From a bacterium (lineage in GTDB: Bacteria > Spirochaetota > Spirochaetia > Treponematales > UBA12059): 64,000 bases of DNA. The notes under the pieces are model-generated. The model worked only from the letters and a program-made list of their open reading frames with translations, did not search any database and was not told the DNA's origin. The translations under genes and the position numbers were made by a program. Positions 46,170 to 55,535 of the stretch are shown here, in pieces; the first letter of the stretch is position 1, and the number at the start of each line of letters is the position of its first letter. Location: the NCBI GenBank assembly GCA_035530295.1, contig DATKVB010000014.1, forward strand, positions 279,881 through 343,880. The letters run 5' to 3'.

Positions 46170-47975
46170 GCGTCGAAAGAGAGGGCGTGCCGCCTCGACA
46201 AGGAGTTCGGGGTAGGCGCGCCATGCGCTCATGACGTCATAGAGCAGCTCGAACGAGGCGGACTCCCTGTCGAAAGCCAGAAAGGGCAATGCCTCGGTCA
46301 GTTTGGCTCCTGGCATCGAATCGCCCAGCACGAATACTGTCTCCAGGTCCTGCCTGTCGCGGAGCGAAACCAGAGCGAGTGCCTCCGACGTGGTCGCGAA
46401 GAACAGCCTGACCTGAAATTCCGGTTGCGGATCCAGCGAGTACAGCCTGGAAAGCTCAAAGTAGTGCTCGGGCATCGCGAACGCGTCGACCAGCGGCGCA
46501 ACCATCGATTCTTTGGGAATGCCGGCGTCGGAATACAGCACAAACTGCCACAGGGTGTACTGGTTCTCCTTGCGCATGTCCTTGGCTGCCCTTACAACGC
46601 GGTTTATGGACTCGGTGTCGTCGGCATCGAGCAACAGGGTGATCGACGAGGCTATCCGTTCCGGTGACACGAGGAGCGTGTCGAGGGCCGCAGGCATCCG
46701 CATGTCGGCAAACGCTATGTAACCACCGCGCTCCGGCTTGAAGTTGGGAGCGACTGGAGCTCCCCACGCCACATCGAAGCTCTCCTCGAAGTCCGCGACC
46801 GAGTCCAGGAAGTCGTCTTCATCCATCCAGTCTGTCTCGACAACCCAGTACGGCGGCCGCTCAAGAAATTCCTTGATGCCGAACGCTCCGCTTTTGGCGC
46901 GCATCTCCGATCCGGGAGCCAGCGGCATTGGCTTGAGTTCAGCGTCCTGACCCATGCCCACCATTCCCAGAAAGTCAAAGGTGTCCACCGTGGTCTCGTA
47001 CGTATCGTATGGCAGCCCCAGGTATACATCCGGCTTGACCACGATGCCTTGCGTCCACAGCAGCTTTGAGCCGCGTTCGAAACCATCCTTGTTGAGGATC
47101 ATGCCCACTTTTTCAAGCGCCTTGCCATTGACGCTCCCGAGGTCGGCGGATATTCCCATGAACGCGGCGTCGGCAAGGAGCTTGGCCGTGTCGTCATCGA
47201 TGCTGGCAGGGTCGAGTCTGGCCCGTATTCCGACGCCGGTCTCGTTCGCCACAGCCAGAGCCTTGATGTGCGCCTTCCAGTCCGGCCGCTCATCGATGCG
47301 GGGACCTATGAACCGCGCCTCGTCGGCGCCGGCATCGGAGGCTAGCCTGAGCAGGCGCGGAGCGGCGTCCCGGAGGAAGTAACGCGGTCCACCAGGCGCG
47401 ACATTCCTGAACAGTGGCGCCATGAGCGCTCCGCGACCTATCTCCAGCAACACTGGTTTGTCACGCGACGGTTTCAGGATGCCGGCAAGATATGGATCGG
47501 GCAGGCTTTCCAGGTCAAGCAGCGTGTTGGGCTTGTACCGCGGCTTCAGCGACCGTGCCGCGAGGTCATGCAGCAGGTCCAGGAAGGGCAGCTCCCATTC
47601 ACCTTCCATAAGCGCGTCAAAGGCTTGCGCCCTGTGGATTGACTGACCATGCACGACCTCCGGACCGCCCGCCACGAAGTGAGTCGCGGGCATGATGGCG
47701 CGCATGCGCCTCGCAAGCCAGATGCTGCGATCAAGGTTCCAGTCAAAGAGCGTAAATACGACTAGCTCGGGCTTTGCGGCAAGCGCCGCCGCTACGACCG
47801 CCGCGTCGCCGCCATGATCGGCGGTATTCTGGTCAAGCAGCAGATTCTCGTCGCGCCTGAGCACCCCGCGGGCCTCGGCAAACGCGATGAGCCTGGCGGC
47901 CATCAGGGGAACGTTGTCCCGGGCACCTTCGCCCGATGTATCCTGTCTGGGTAACTGTATGTACAGGGTTCTCAT
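46161..47975 (-). CDS. Cysteine-free protein with B12-binding/radical-SAM-like architecture (predicted non-catalytic homolog)
   Basis: 604 aa. The N-terminus resembles class-B radical SAM B12-binding domains (IYIQLP..., LVVFTLFDWN, FVAGGPEV, GEWE..F..LL). At the position of the ETSRGCxxxCxxC loop it reads LEIGRGALMAPLF. The whole translation contains no Cys. Confidence 0.65.
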   Translation of the reverse strand: MRTLYIQLPRQDTSGEGARDNVPLMAARLIAFAEARGVLRRDENLLLDQNTADHGGDAAVVAAALAAKPELVVFTLFDWNLDRSIWLARRMRAIMPATHFVAGGPEVVHGQSIHRAQAFDALMEGEWELPFLDLLHDLAARSLKPRYKPNTLLDLESLPDPYLAGILKPSRDKPVLLEIGRGALMAPLFRNVAPGGPRYFLRDAAPRLLRLASDAGADEARFIGPRIDERPDWKAHIKALAVANETGVGIRARLDPASIDDDTAKLLADAAFMGISADLGSVNGKALEKVGMILNKDGFERGSKLLWTQGIVVKPDVYLGLPYDTYETTVDTFDFLGMVGMGQDAELKPMPLAPGSEMRAKSGAFGIKEFLERPPYWVVETDWMDEDDFLDSVADFEESFDVAWGAPVAPNFKPERGGYIAFADMRMPAALDTLLVSPERIASSITLLLDADDTESINRVVRAAKDMRKENQYTLWQFVLYSDAGIPKESMVAPLVDAFAMPEHYFELSRLYSLDPQPEFQVRLFFATTSEALALVSLRDRQDLETVFVLGDSMPGAKLTEALPFLAFDRESASFELLYDVMSAWRAYPELLVEAARPLFRRSV

Positions 47976-48007
47976 GTCGTGAATGTCGCTCCAGACCGCC
48001 GGTGCGG

Positions 48008-48808
48008 CTAGTCCGAGGATACTCCGGATTGGTCATGCTCGCATAGGCTTCTATGACCGGCCGAGTCGGGAAAGCCGGGAAAGGCCTCGGCCCATGAGCC
48101 GCGCCGAGTCGGCGCCGTGATTGCCGCGGAAAGCATCGACAGGTACGATGCCCTGTCGATGCTCTTGCCGCCCATCGAGGCGATGTGGTCAGTACGCACC
48201 TGGCTATCTATCAGGGTGAAGCCTTCGTCGATGAGGCGCCACACAAGCGGAATGAAGGCGGCCTTTGACGCGTCCGGTTCCAGACTGAACATCGACTCGC
48301 CGAAAAAGGCCGTGCCTATGGAAATGCCGTACAGGCCGCCGACAAGGCGCCCGTCAAGCCGTGCTTCCACCGAATGTGCCCAGCCCAGCTCGTGCATGCG
48401 CTCGTACGCTTTGATCATCTCGTCGGTTATCCACGTGCCGCCCTGGCCTGACCGCGGAGTGCCAGCGCAGGCGCGAATCACCGCTGCAAAGTCGGTATCG
48501 ATGCTGAGCGCGAAGTGCCGCTTCTTGATGACCTTGCGCATTGTTTTCGAGACGTGCAGCTCTGTCGGGATAAGCACGAAGCGCGGATCGGGATTCCACC
48601 ATAGTATTGGGTCATCATCATTGAACCACGGGAACGCACCCTGCTGGTAGGCGGAGAGCAGCATGCCAGGAGACAGATTGCCCCCTATGCACAATACCCC
48701 GTCTGATGATGCGCCTTCCGCGGCAGGGAACGAGAACCACTCATCCTCTTCGAGCCATGGAAATCGAGGGCTGGCTCGCTTCATGTGTTTTTGTGATGTA
48801 CCCGCCAT
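48008..48808 (-). CDS. aat: Leucyl/phenylalanyl-tRNA--protein transferase
   Basis: LLSAYQQGAFPWFNDDDPILWWNPDPRFVL and GGLYGISIGTAFFGESMFS motifs. Starts 9 nt after the clpA stop. Confidence 0.9.
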   Translation of the reverse strand: MAGTSQKHMKRASPRFPWLEEDEWFSFPAAEGASSDGVLCIGGNLSPGMLLSAYQQGAFPWFNDDDPILWWNPDPRFVLIPTELHVSKTMRKVIKKRHFALSIDTDFAAVIRACAGTPRSGQGGTWITDEMIKAYERMHELGWAHSVEARLDGRLVGGLYGISIGTAFFGESMFSLEPDASKAAFIPLVWRLIDEGFTLIDSQVRTDHIASMGGKSIDRASYLSMLSAAITAPTRRGSWAEAFPGFPDSAGHRSLCEHDQSGVSSD

Positions 48809-48817
48809 GACGCGCGC

Positions 48818-51223
48818 TTAGACTATGTTCATGACGATCTCGCCATTCTGGACATCGGCCCGGACCGCTCCGCCGTCCTTGAGCCGGCCGAACAGCACCT
48901 CGTCGACGAACCAGGTCTTGACCTTGTCCTCTACAACACGGTTTACATTTCGCGCGCCGAACTCGTCGCTGTAGCCCAGCTCCGCTAGCCGTTTTACACA
49001 AGCCTCAGTGGTCTCCAGGCTTACCTTCTTCTCCACGAGCTGGACACGGAAGTCATCGAGCGCCTTTACAACGATTCTCTCGATTATGTCCTGGGGCAGC
49101 CTGCCAAACCGCACGACGGCGTCCAGCCTGTTGCGGAACTCGGGCGTAAAGGCCTTCTGCACCGCGTCGTCTATCGCCGCCTCGGTAAAGGCGCGCTCGC
49201 CGAAGCCAATCATGGGCTTGCCAATCTCCCGCGCGCCGGCATTGCTTGTCATGATCAACACCACATTGCGGAAGTCAGCCTTGCGCCCCTGATTGTCCGT
49301 CAGCGTCGCGTAATCCATTATGGACAGCAGGATGTTGTACACATCGGGGTGGGCCTTCTCTATCTCGTCGAGCAGCACCACGGCATGCGGCGTCTTGCGT
49401 ATCGCGTCGGTAAGGAGGCCGCCTTCCTCATAGCCAACGTATCCTGGTGGCGAACCTATCAACCGGCTGACCGTGTGCTTCTCCTGGTATTCGCTCATGT
49501 CGAAGCGATGCAAGGCTACACCCAGCGTGTCGGCCAGCCTGCGCGCCAGTTCGGTCTTGCCGACGCCGGTCGGACCCACGAACAGGAAATTGGCCACCGG
49601 CTTGTCTGCTGCCCTGAAGCCTGCACGGCCGCGCTTGACGGCCTTGGCTACCGCTTCCACGGCTGAATCCTGGCCAAAGACACTCGCCTTCAGATCAGTC
49701 TCAAGCGTGGCCAGCCGGTCACGTTCACCCTGCGTAACGCTCTTCTCCGGTATGCGCGCTATCCTGGCTACGACAGTCTCTATCTCGGGGCGGCCTATGG
49801 CCAGCGTGCGGGACGCCTCGTTATCGGCCTCTGCTCCGTCGGTGGCGGCTGCATCGGCCTGCGCCACATCGGTTCCAGCCGCGGCCGTGGCCTCGGATGC
49901 CACCCTGGCTATCTTGTAAGCTTGTATGCGCGCCCACGCGCCAGCCTCGTCTATAACGTCAATGGCCTTGTCGGGAAGGCGGCGCTCGGTGATGAACTGC
50001 GCCGACAGCTTGGCGGCCAGCTCTATCGCTTCGTCGCTGTACGTCACATTGTGGTATTCCTCGTACTTCGAGCGCAGGCCCTTGAGTATTTCAACAGCCT
50101 CGCCAACGGTCGGCTCCACGATGTCTATCTTCTGGAAGCGACGAGACAGCGCACGGTCCTTGTCAAAGAATTTGTTGTACTCATCGTATGTCGTCGAGCC
50201 GATGCAGCGCAACTTGCCGCTTGTCAGGGCTGGCTTCAAGAGGTTGGAGGCGTCCATCGAGCCACCTGAGACGGCACCAGCGCCGACTATCGTGTGGATC
50301 TCGTCGATGAACAGTATCACCTTTTCCTTCTTGAGCAGCTCATCGATGATACGCTTGATTCGTTCCTCAAAGTCGCCGCGGAACTTGGTGCCTGCGATTA
50401 TTGATCCCATGTCAAGCGAATATATCGTATAGTCACGCAGCCGCGGCGGCACCTTGCCATCGACGATACGCTGCGCCAGCCCTTCGGTTATCGCCGTCTT
50501 GCCGACACCCGCGTCGCCCACATGAATAGGATTGTTCTTGAGCCTTCTGCACAGCACCTGGATGCTTCGCTCTATTTCGGCCTCACGGCCTATCACCGGC
50601 TCTAGCTTGCCTTCCCGCGCGGCCTTGGTCAGGTCCGTGGTAAATCTGTCCAGGGCCCCCGCGCGCACCGTTGTGCGTGCCTTCTGACGACCGCTGGCTT
50701 CCTCATCCTCGTCATCTTCATCGGGCCCCGAGAATGGTCCGGCATCCGCGGCACCGGCCTCTTCGCTCGAGGCGCTGTCAGGTGGGGCGTCGCTCAGATC
50801 AACATCAAACCCGTGCGAAATCACCTCGAGGAGGTGCAGACGGTTCACGCCCGCCTTTCGCAGGTAGTACGCGGAGTAGTTGCGCTCCTCGTCAAAGAGC
50901 GATACCAGAATCTCGGGGATGCCTACCTCTGCCTTGCCCGCTCCCTGCGACTGCAGCACGGCCCGCTCGATGACGCTCTGGAATCCCGCAGTCTGGATAG
51001 GCTCCTGGTTCTTGACAGCCGGAATTTTCTGCTCGAAGTAGGCTTCCATGCCGAGCTGAATGTGATCGATGTCCGCGTCGCAGGCCGTCAGGATCGTCCT
51101 GACCTGCTCAAAGGACAGCGATGCGTACAGGATATGCTCGGGCGTCAGGTACTCGTGTCCCCTGAGCTTGGCTTCGTTGTACGCGGCGTTGAATATCGCT
51201 TGAACCTGCTGGCTAACCTTCAT
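48818..51223 (-). CDS. clpA: ATP-dependent Clp protease ATP-binding subunit ClpA
   Basis: Clp N-domain and two AAA+ modules (GDAGVGKTAI, GPTGVGKTEL). No ClpB-type middle domain. Directly follows clpS. Confidence 0.97.
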   Translation of the reverse strand: MKVSQQVQAIFNAAYNEAKLRGHEYLTPEHILYASLSFEQVRTILTACDADIDHIQLGMEAYFEQKIPAVKNQEPIQTAGFQSVIERAVLQSQGAGKAEVGIPEILVSLFDEERNYSAYYLRKAGVNRLHLLEVISHGFDVDLSDAPPDSASSEEAGAADAGPFSGPDEDDEDEEASGRQKARTTVRAGALDRFTTDLTKAAREGKLEPVIGREAEIERSIQVLCRRLKNNPIHVGDAGVGKTAITEGLAQRIVDGKVPPRLRDYTIYSLDMGSIIAGTKFRGDFEERIKRIIDELLKKEKVILFIDEIHTIVGAGAVSGGSMDASNLLKPALTSGKLRCIGSTTYDEYNKFFDKDRALSRRFQKIDIVEPTVGEAVEILKGLRSKYEEYHNVTYSDEAIELAAKLSAQFITERRLPDKAIDVIDEAGAWARIQAYKIARVASEATAAAGTDVAQADAAATDGAEADNEASRTLAIGRPEIETVVARIARIPEKSVTQGERDRLATLETDLKASVFGQDSAVEAVAKAVKRGRAGFRAADKPVANFLFVGPTGVGKTELARRLADTLGVALHRFDMSEYQEKHTVSRLIGSPPGYVGYEEGGLLTDAIRKTPHAVVLLDEIEKAHPDVYNILLSIMDYATLTDNQGRKADFRNVVLIMTSNAGAREIGKPMIGFGERAFTEAAIDDAVQKAFTPEFRNRLDAVVRFGRLPQDIIERIVVKALDDFRVQLVEKKVSLETTEACVKRLAELGYSDEFGARNVNRVVEDKVKTWFVDEVLFGRLKDGGAVRADVQNGEIVMNIV

Positions 51224-51229
51224 ACTGCT

Positions 51230-51541
51230 TTAGGCCTTCTCCATGATGCACTTGAGCGGGAAGCCGTTCTCCCTCGCCATCTCGTGCACACGATTGATCT
51301 TCGTGGCGGCAATATCGTAGGTATACGTGCCTACGACGCCTTTCCCTTTGCGATGGACGTCGAGCATGATGCGCGTAGCGTCCAACAATTCCCTGTGAAA
51401 GACAGACATGATCACGGCAACGACAAATTCCATGGTCGTGTAGTCGTCGTTCAGGAGTATAACCCGGTATTCATCCGGTTCTTTCGTATCGGTGTCCTCG
51501 TCAAACAGGACACCGCCCTCAATATCGTTTTCTGTTGCCAC
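51230..51541 (-). CDS. clpS: Clp protease adaptor ClpS (N-degron recognin)
   Basis: 103 aa with the YRVILLNDDYTTMEFVVAVIMSVF core. Confidence 0.95.
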   Translation of the reverse strand: MATENDIEGGVLFDEDTDTKEPDEYRVILLNDDYTTMEFVVAVIMSVFHRELLDATRIMLDVHRKGKGVVGTYTYDIAATKINRVHEMARENGFPLKCIMEKA

Positions 51542-51682
51542 CGTACCCTAAAATATACATTGGAGCCAATAAAAACAAGGAGCGGGACGCGGATGCGTGG
51601 CGATCCAGAGAGCTCGACGGTTCCGTGACCTGTTCGTGAATTTTCCCAACACCGGCGCCTTTTCCGCCGTAGTATATGGTGT

Positions 51683-52300
51683 ATGCGTGAGCCCGATGGC
51701 ATATCTTCAGTCGCCAGTACCTCGAACGTCGCGGACTTGCGCGCTGCCGACCTGCGGGAAATGGCGATCGCCGGTGGGGACTCCGCCAGGTCCGCGTTCA
51801 GCGCGCTCTGGGCGGGGTATTACCGCCGGCTCTCAGTGTTCGCCTCCGCGTACCGCGGCCTGGCCGAAGCTGATCGCCATGACGCCATCGCCGATGCCCT
51901 CATCGCGGCGTTCGGCGCGCTGCCATCGTACGACCCGCGTCGGCCGTTATCGCCATGGGTGTATCGCATAGCCGCCAATCGCTTCTCTGACGCGGCACGG
52001 CGCGCCGCCAGAGTCTCGGTGCCGGTCGGCGCAGACTCGCCGATCGCCGAGGCGATGGATCCGCCAGCCCCTGGTGACCATGCGGCCGAATCGGCCGACC
52101 GCGACCTGGCCGAGCGGTGCCGCGCGGCTATCGCGGACCTGCCGGAACTTGACAGGCGGATCGCCATGCTACGCTTCTATGAGGGTATCAACGCATCCGA
52201 TATTGGCCAGACACTGGGCATGCCGGCTGGAACCGTGCGCTGGCGCATCAGCGCCATCCGCGCGAGCATTCGCGCCGCGACTGGGGAGGACAGGCCATGA
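51683..52300 (+). CDS. ECF-type sigma-70 factor
   Basis: Region 2 (SPWVYRIAANRFSDAARR) and region 4 HTH (INASDIGQTLGMPAGTVRWRISAIR). Confidence 0.85.
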   Translation: MREPDGISSVASTSNVADLRAADLREMAIAGGDSARSAFSALWAGYYRRLSVFASAYRGLAEADRHDAIADALIAAFGALPSYDPRRPLSPWVYRIAANRFSDAARRAARVSVPVGADSPIAEAMDPPAPGDHAAESADRDLAERCRAAIADLPELDRRIAMLRFYEGINASDIGQTLGMPAGTVRWRISAIRASIRAATGEDRP

Positions 52301-52650
52301 CCCTTGATGCACACGCACGCGCGGCCTTCGATCGGGAAATAAGGGCAACACCGCAGCCACTTCCGACCGACCTGGAAATCGGACTGGCCCTCGATGCCAT
52401 CTCCACGTTGCAGCGCAAGCCGCAGCCCGGGCCGATGCGGTCAGGAGCGCGGGACATCGCGCAGTACCTGGCGCCGGCCTGCGCCTTGGCGGCCGCATGC
52501 CTGATCGCAGCTCTTTCAGGCCGGCCCGGCACCGTCTTGCCGCGGCCGCTCGCCACCGAACTTGCCCGGACACTGCCAGGTGACACGGGCACGCGTTTCA
52601 CTTTGTTCATCATCCTGGCCGGCGATTCGCTCCGCTCGGCGGGGCGCTGA
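52297..52650 (+). CDS. Putative single-pass membrane anti-sigma factor
   Basis: ATGA overlap with the ECF sigma gene. One TM segment (IAQYLAPACALAAACLIAAL). Assigned by position only. Confidence 0.4.
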   Translation: MTLDAHARAAFDREIRATPQPLPTDLEIGLALDAISTLQRKPQPGPMRSGARDIAQYLAPACALAAACLIAALSGRPGTVLPRPLATELARTLPGDTGTRFTLFIILAGDSLRSAGR

Positions 52651-52685
52651 CCCTCTTCAATCACGTTCCTGCAATGGAGGTCATC

Positions 52686-53141
52686 ATGATCAAGCGTATC
52701 GTTCTTCCAATCCTCGTCGTCGTCGCGACCTATGCCAGTCTGCTGGTTTTCATAGGCTCCAATGCATGGGTCCACATCGACGCGGCATCATTCGCGCTCG
52801 TGCCAGTCCTGCCTCTCGTGTACATGGCGTTCGTCTATGGTCTGGCCGGCATGCTGGCAGCCTTCAGGGCGCCGGGCTCGGCTGCCGCAACTGACCGCGA
52901 ACTGCGGCTCGCCGTCGCGTTCTTCAAGGATCTCGGACGCGCCTTCTGGATGTTCGGTATCCTTGCCTCGGCGACCGGCCTTGTCGAAGTGCTGCGCAAT
53001 CTGACTGACCCCGCCAGACTCGGTCCCAACCTGGCGGTGGCCATTCTTACCATTCTGTACTCCGCTACCTTCAACCTCGTGCTCGTCATGCCATTCCAGG
53101 CAACCGCCCGACGCCGCCTGGCCGAAAACAGCGCCGCATAG
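52686..53141 (+). CDS. Small MotA/TolQ/ExbB-family proton-channel-like protein (no MotB/ExbD/TolR partner nearby)
   Basis: ATG 52686 lies 5 nt after GGAGG. The C-terminal GILASATGLVEVLRNLTDPARLGPNLAVAILTILYSATFNLVLVMPF matches the conserved MotA/ExbB TM pair. Confidence 0.7.
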   Translation: MIKRIVLPILVVVATYASLLVFIGSNAWVHIDAASFALVPVLPLVYMAFVYGLAGMLAAFRAPGSAAATDRELRLAVAFFKDLGRAFWMFGILASATGLVEVLRNLTDPARLGPNLAVAILTILYSATFNLVLVMPFQATARRRLAENSAA

Positions 53142-53462
53142 CGAAGCCCGGTGCCCGTGTTCGCCTCTCGCCAGTCGCTCGACCAGACTGTCGGCAGCCT
53201 GACTAAACCACTGGCCGCCTCCTGGAGAACATGGACGCCGGCCCGACCGGCTCCAGTTGGCCCCAGCGCGACGCTTTTTCATTGACAGCGCGGCAGGTGC
53301 GGGCGCATCATCGGATTGCGTGTTACCATGAGATGAGTGGGGATAGAGTGGGGACCATAATGAATATGAGCTATGCTTTGCGCCCGGACCGGGTCATATC
53401 CGTTACGGGCTTGCCGTCGGGCGGGGCTGTCCCGCCAGTCCATAGATCCTGAAACCACAGCC

Positions 53463-55535
53463 ATGCATGACGGTAGTCCGAGTTCCGCGATTCCCGGTGA
53501 GCCTCACTCGCAGCTTAAGGATGCTGTTTCGCTGACCAAGCCTATCGAGGGCAAACGCATAAAGCGCAGCGACCTGCTCAATCTACTCAATTTTGTCAAT
53601 TTTCGTGAAGGCACTATCTTTGTGAGCTTCAAGCACAGGGAACGGGGCAACCTTGTGTTCTTTCAGGCTCGCCCGTTGCCGTGTTCAGATGATACGCTCG
53701 TATGCAGCTGGGTAGATGCCGTGATTCCGTTGGAAAGATTCAGCGCGTTCGATTGCGATAGCCTGATACTCAGCGACGGCCGCAGCCACATAAGCGTAAA
53801 GGCGGACCTGCTTAGCCTCGACTCAAAAGGCGCATCATTCAAGATCCCCTTGTCGGGCTATGAGAGCAGTCTTCGATCGATGAACCGCAACGCATGTCTG
53901 GATATACAGGCAGGCATCATTCAGGCTGGCATGCGCTATGAGGGGTTGCTCGAGGATTTTAATCCTGTCTCGTTCAAGGTCAGGATGGAAGAACAGGCAC
54001 CCGACACGCTCCGATGGGTAAATCCGGATAGCCATGTAACAGTCATGCTATCACGGCGCGGGACGCTCCTGTTCTCAGGTGAATGCCTTGTTACACGGAT
54101 TGACAAGCTGGGTTCGAACTGGCTGATCGTACTGACTCCCGATTTCAGCAATGTCAGACGATACAGGCCAAGGGTGCATCGCAGCGAAAGATATGTTCTG
54201 GTACCCGCGGCAACGATCCGTTTCGACCATCCACTCACCGGCAAGCGGGTCTTTCTGAAGACGGAAAACATATCGGGGACTGGGTTGTGCGTCGAGGAAT
54301 TCCTGGAAAGCTCGGTGCTCGTTCCAGGCCTGATCATTCCCGAGATCATAGTCGAGATTGCCAACAACCTGGTGCTTGGTTGCAGGGCCCAGGTCCTGTA
54401 CCGCAATGTCGTCAGGACGGACAATGGCCGCCCATCGGTGCGGTGCGGCATTGTCTTTCTGGATATGCAGCCCGTAGATCAGGTACGCCTCACCGCCTTG
54501 ATCCACCAGAGTGTCGACGAGAAACTGCGCGTGTGCTCGAGCATCGAGATGGATGAGCTGTGGAGATTTTTTTTCGAGTCTGGATTCATCTATCCATCCA
54601 AGTACCTTTCCCTGCAAGCACGCAAGGAAGAATTCAAGAAAACGTACCGTCGGCTCTATCTCGAAAGCCCCTCCATAGCCAGACACTTTTTCTTCCTTGA
54701 CAAGGGGCAGATATATGGCCACATGTCAATGCTTCGCGCCTATTCCAACTCATGGATCATTCATCATCACGCCGCGTCCAGGACTGGCAACAGCCTGGCC
54801 GGCGTCATGGTGCTCGACGAGATGGGCCGTTTCACAAACGATGTGCACTTGCATCCCAGTGCCCATATGGACTATCTGATGAGCTACTATCGCCGGGAGA
54901 ACCACTTCCCGGCCAAGGTCTTTGGCAATGTTGCCCAGGATGTGGCAAACCCTAAAGGCTCGTCTCTCGACACCTTCGGATATCTGTGGCCGTCAGCATT
55001 CACAGAAACTGATAGCGAGCCCTTTCAGCTCTTTCCGGCACGGCAAGACGATCTGGCAGAGTTGGCTCGTTGGTACGAATCCATTTCCGGCGGTCTGATG
55101 CTCGACGCCCTTGATCTTGGAATGGTCAGCGGGATTGACTCGGAGCTATCTGCGGAATATGTGCGTCAGGGTTTCAAGCGGGAGCGTCAGGTATTTACCT
55201 TGAAGCTCAACGGCAAGGTATTGGCTGTTCTTTTGCTTACGGTCAGCGACATCGGGCTTAATCTATCAAACCTGACCAACTGCATTCACGCTCTGGTTCT
55301 TGAGTCCGAGTTGCTGCATCCCTCTATGCTTTTTTCAGCTATCCACGCGTTGATGGACAATTATGGCTCGGATGAGCCACCGATTCTCGTCTTTCCTGAA
55401 GACTATCTGGACACACATGCAATCCCATGTGACAAGAAATATACCTTGTGGATATTGGACACCAGTTTTGCTGATGCCTATTTCGATTCCGTTCGTTCAA
55501 CATTCAGAAGGACATGCCGTGATCAAGACGCCTAA
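53463..55535 (+). CDS. Multi-domain PilZ protein (canonical PilZ in the middle, ~330-aa unassigned C-terminal domain)
   Basis: c-di-GMP-binding signature RRYRPR (from 54156) ... NISGTG (54267-54284). An upstream RSMNR...EDFNPVSF segment looks like a degenerate PilZ. The C-terminal third has no recognisable motifs. Confidence 0.8.
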   Translation: MHDGSPSSAIPGEPHSQLKDAVSLTKPIEGKRIKRSDLLNLLNFVNFREGTIFVSFKHRERGNLVFFQARPLPCSDDTLVCSWVDAVIPLERFSAFDCDSLILSDGRSHISVKADLLSLDSKGASFKIPLSGYESSLRSMNRNACLDIQAGIIQAGMRYEGLLEDFNPVSFKVRMEEQAPDTLRWVNPDSHVTVMLSRRGTLLFSGECLVTRIDKLGSNWLIVLTPDFSNVRRYRPRVHRSERYVLVPAATIRFDHPLTGKRVFLKTENISGTGLCVEEFLESSVLVPGLIIPEIIVEIANNLVLGCRAQVLYRNVVRTDNGRPSVRCGIVFLDMQPVDQVRLTALIHQSVDEKLRVCSSIEMDELWRFFFESGFIYPSKYLSLQARKEEFKKTYRRLYLESPSIARHFFFLDKGQIYGHMSMLRAYSNSWIIHHHAASRTGNSLAGVMVLDEMGRFTNDVHLHPSAHMDYLMSYYRRENHFPAKVFGNVAQDVANPKGSSLDTFGYLWPSAFTETDSEPFQLFPARQDDLAELARWYESISGGLMLDALDLGMVSGIDSELSAEYVRQGFKRERQVFTLKLNGKVLAVLLLTVSDIGLNLSNLTNCIHALVLESELLHPSMLFSAIHALMDNYGSDEPPILVFPEDYLDTHAIPCDKKYTLWILDTSFADAYFDSVRSTFRRTCRDQDA

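Noticed and set aside
53142-53462. c-di-GMP riboswitch (GEMM-I/II) upstream of the PilZ gene
   Set aside because: I found none of the conserved GEMM elements (paired hairpins with a GNRA tetraloop and receptor, ACGCAAAGC-like core). The 73-aa ORF at 53231-53452 also looks non-coding.
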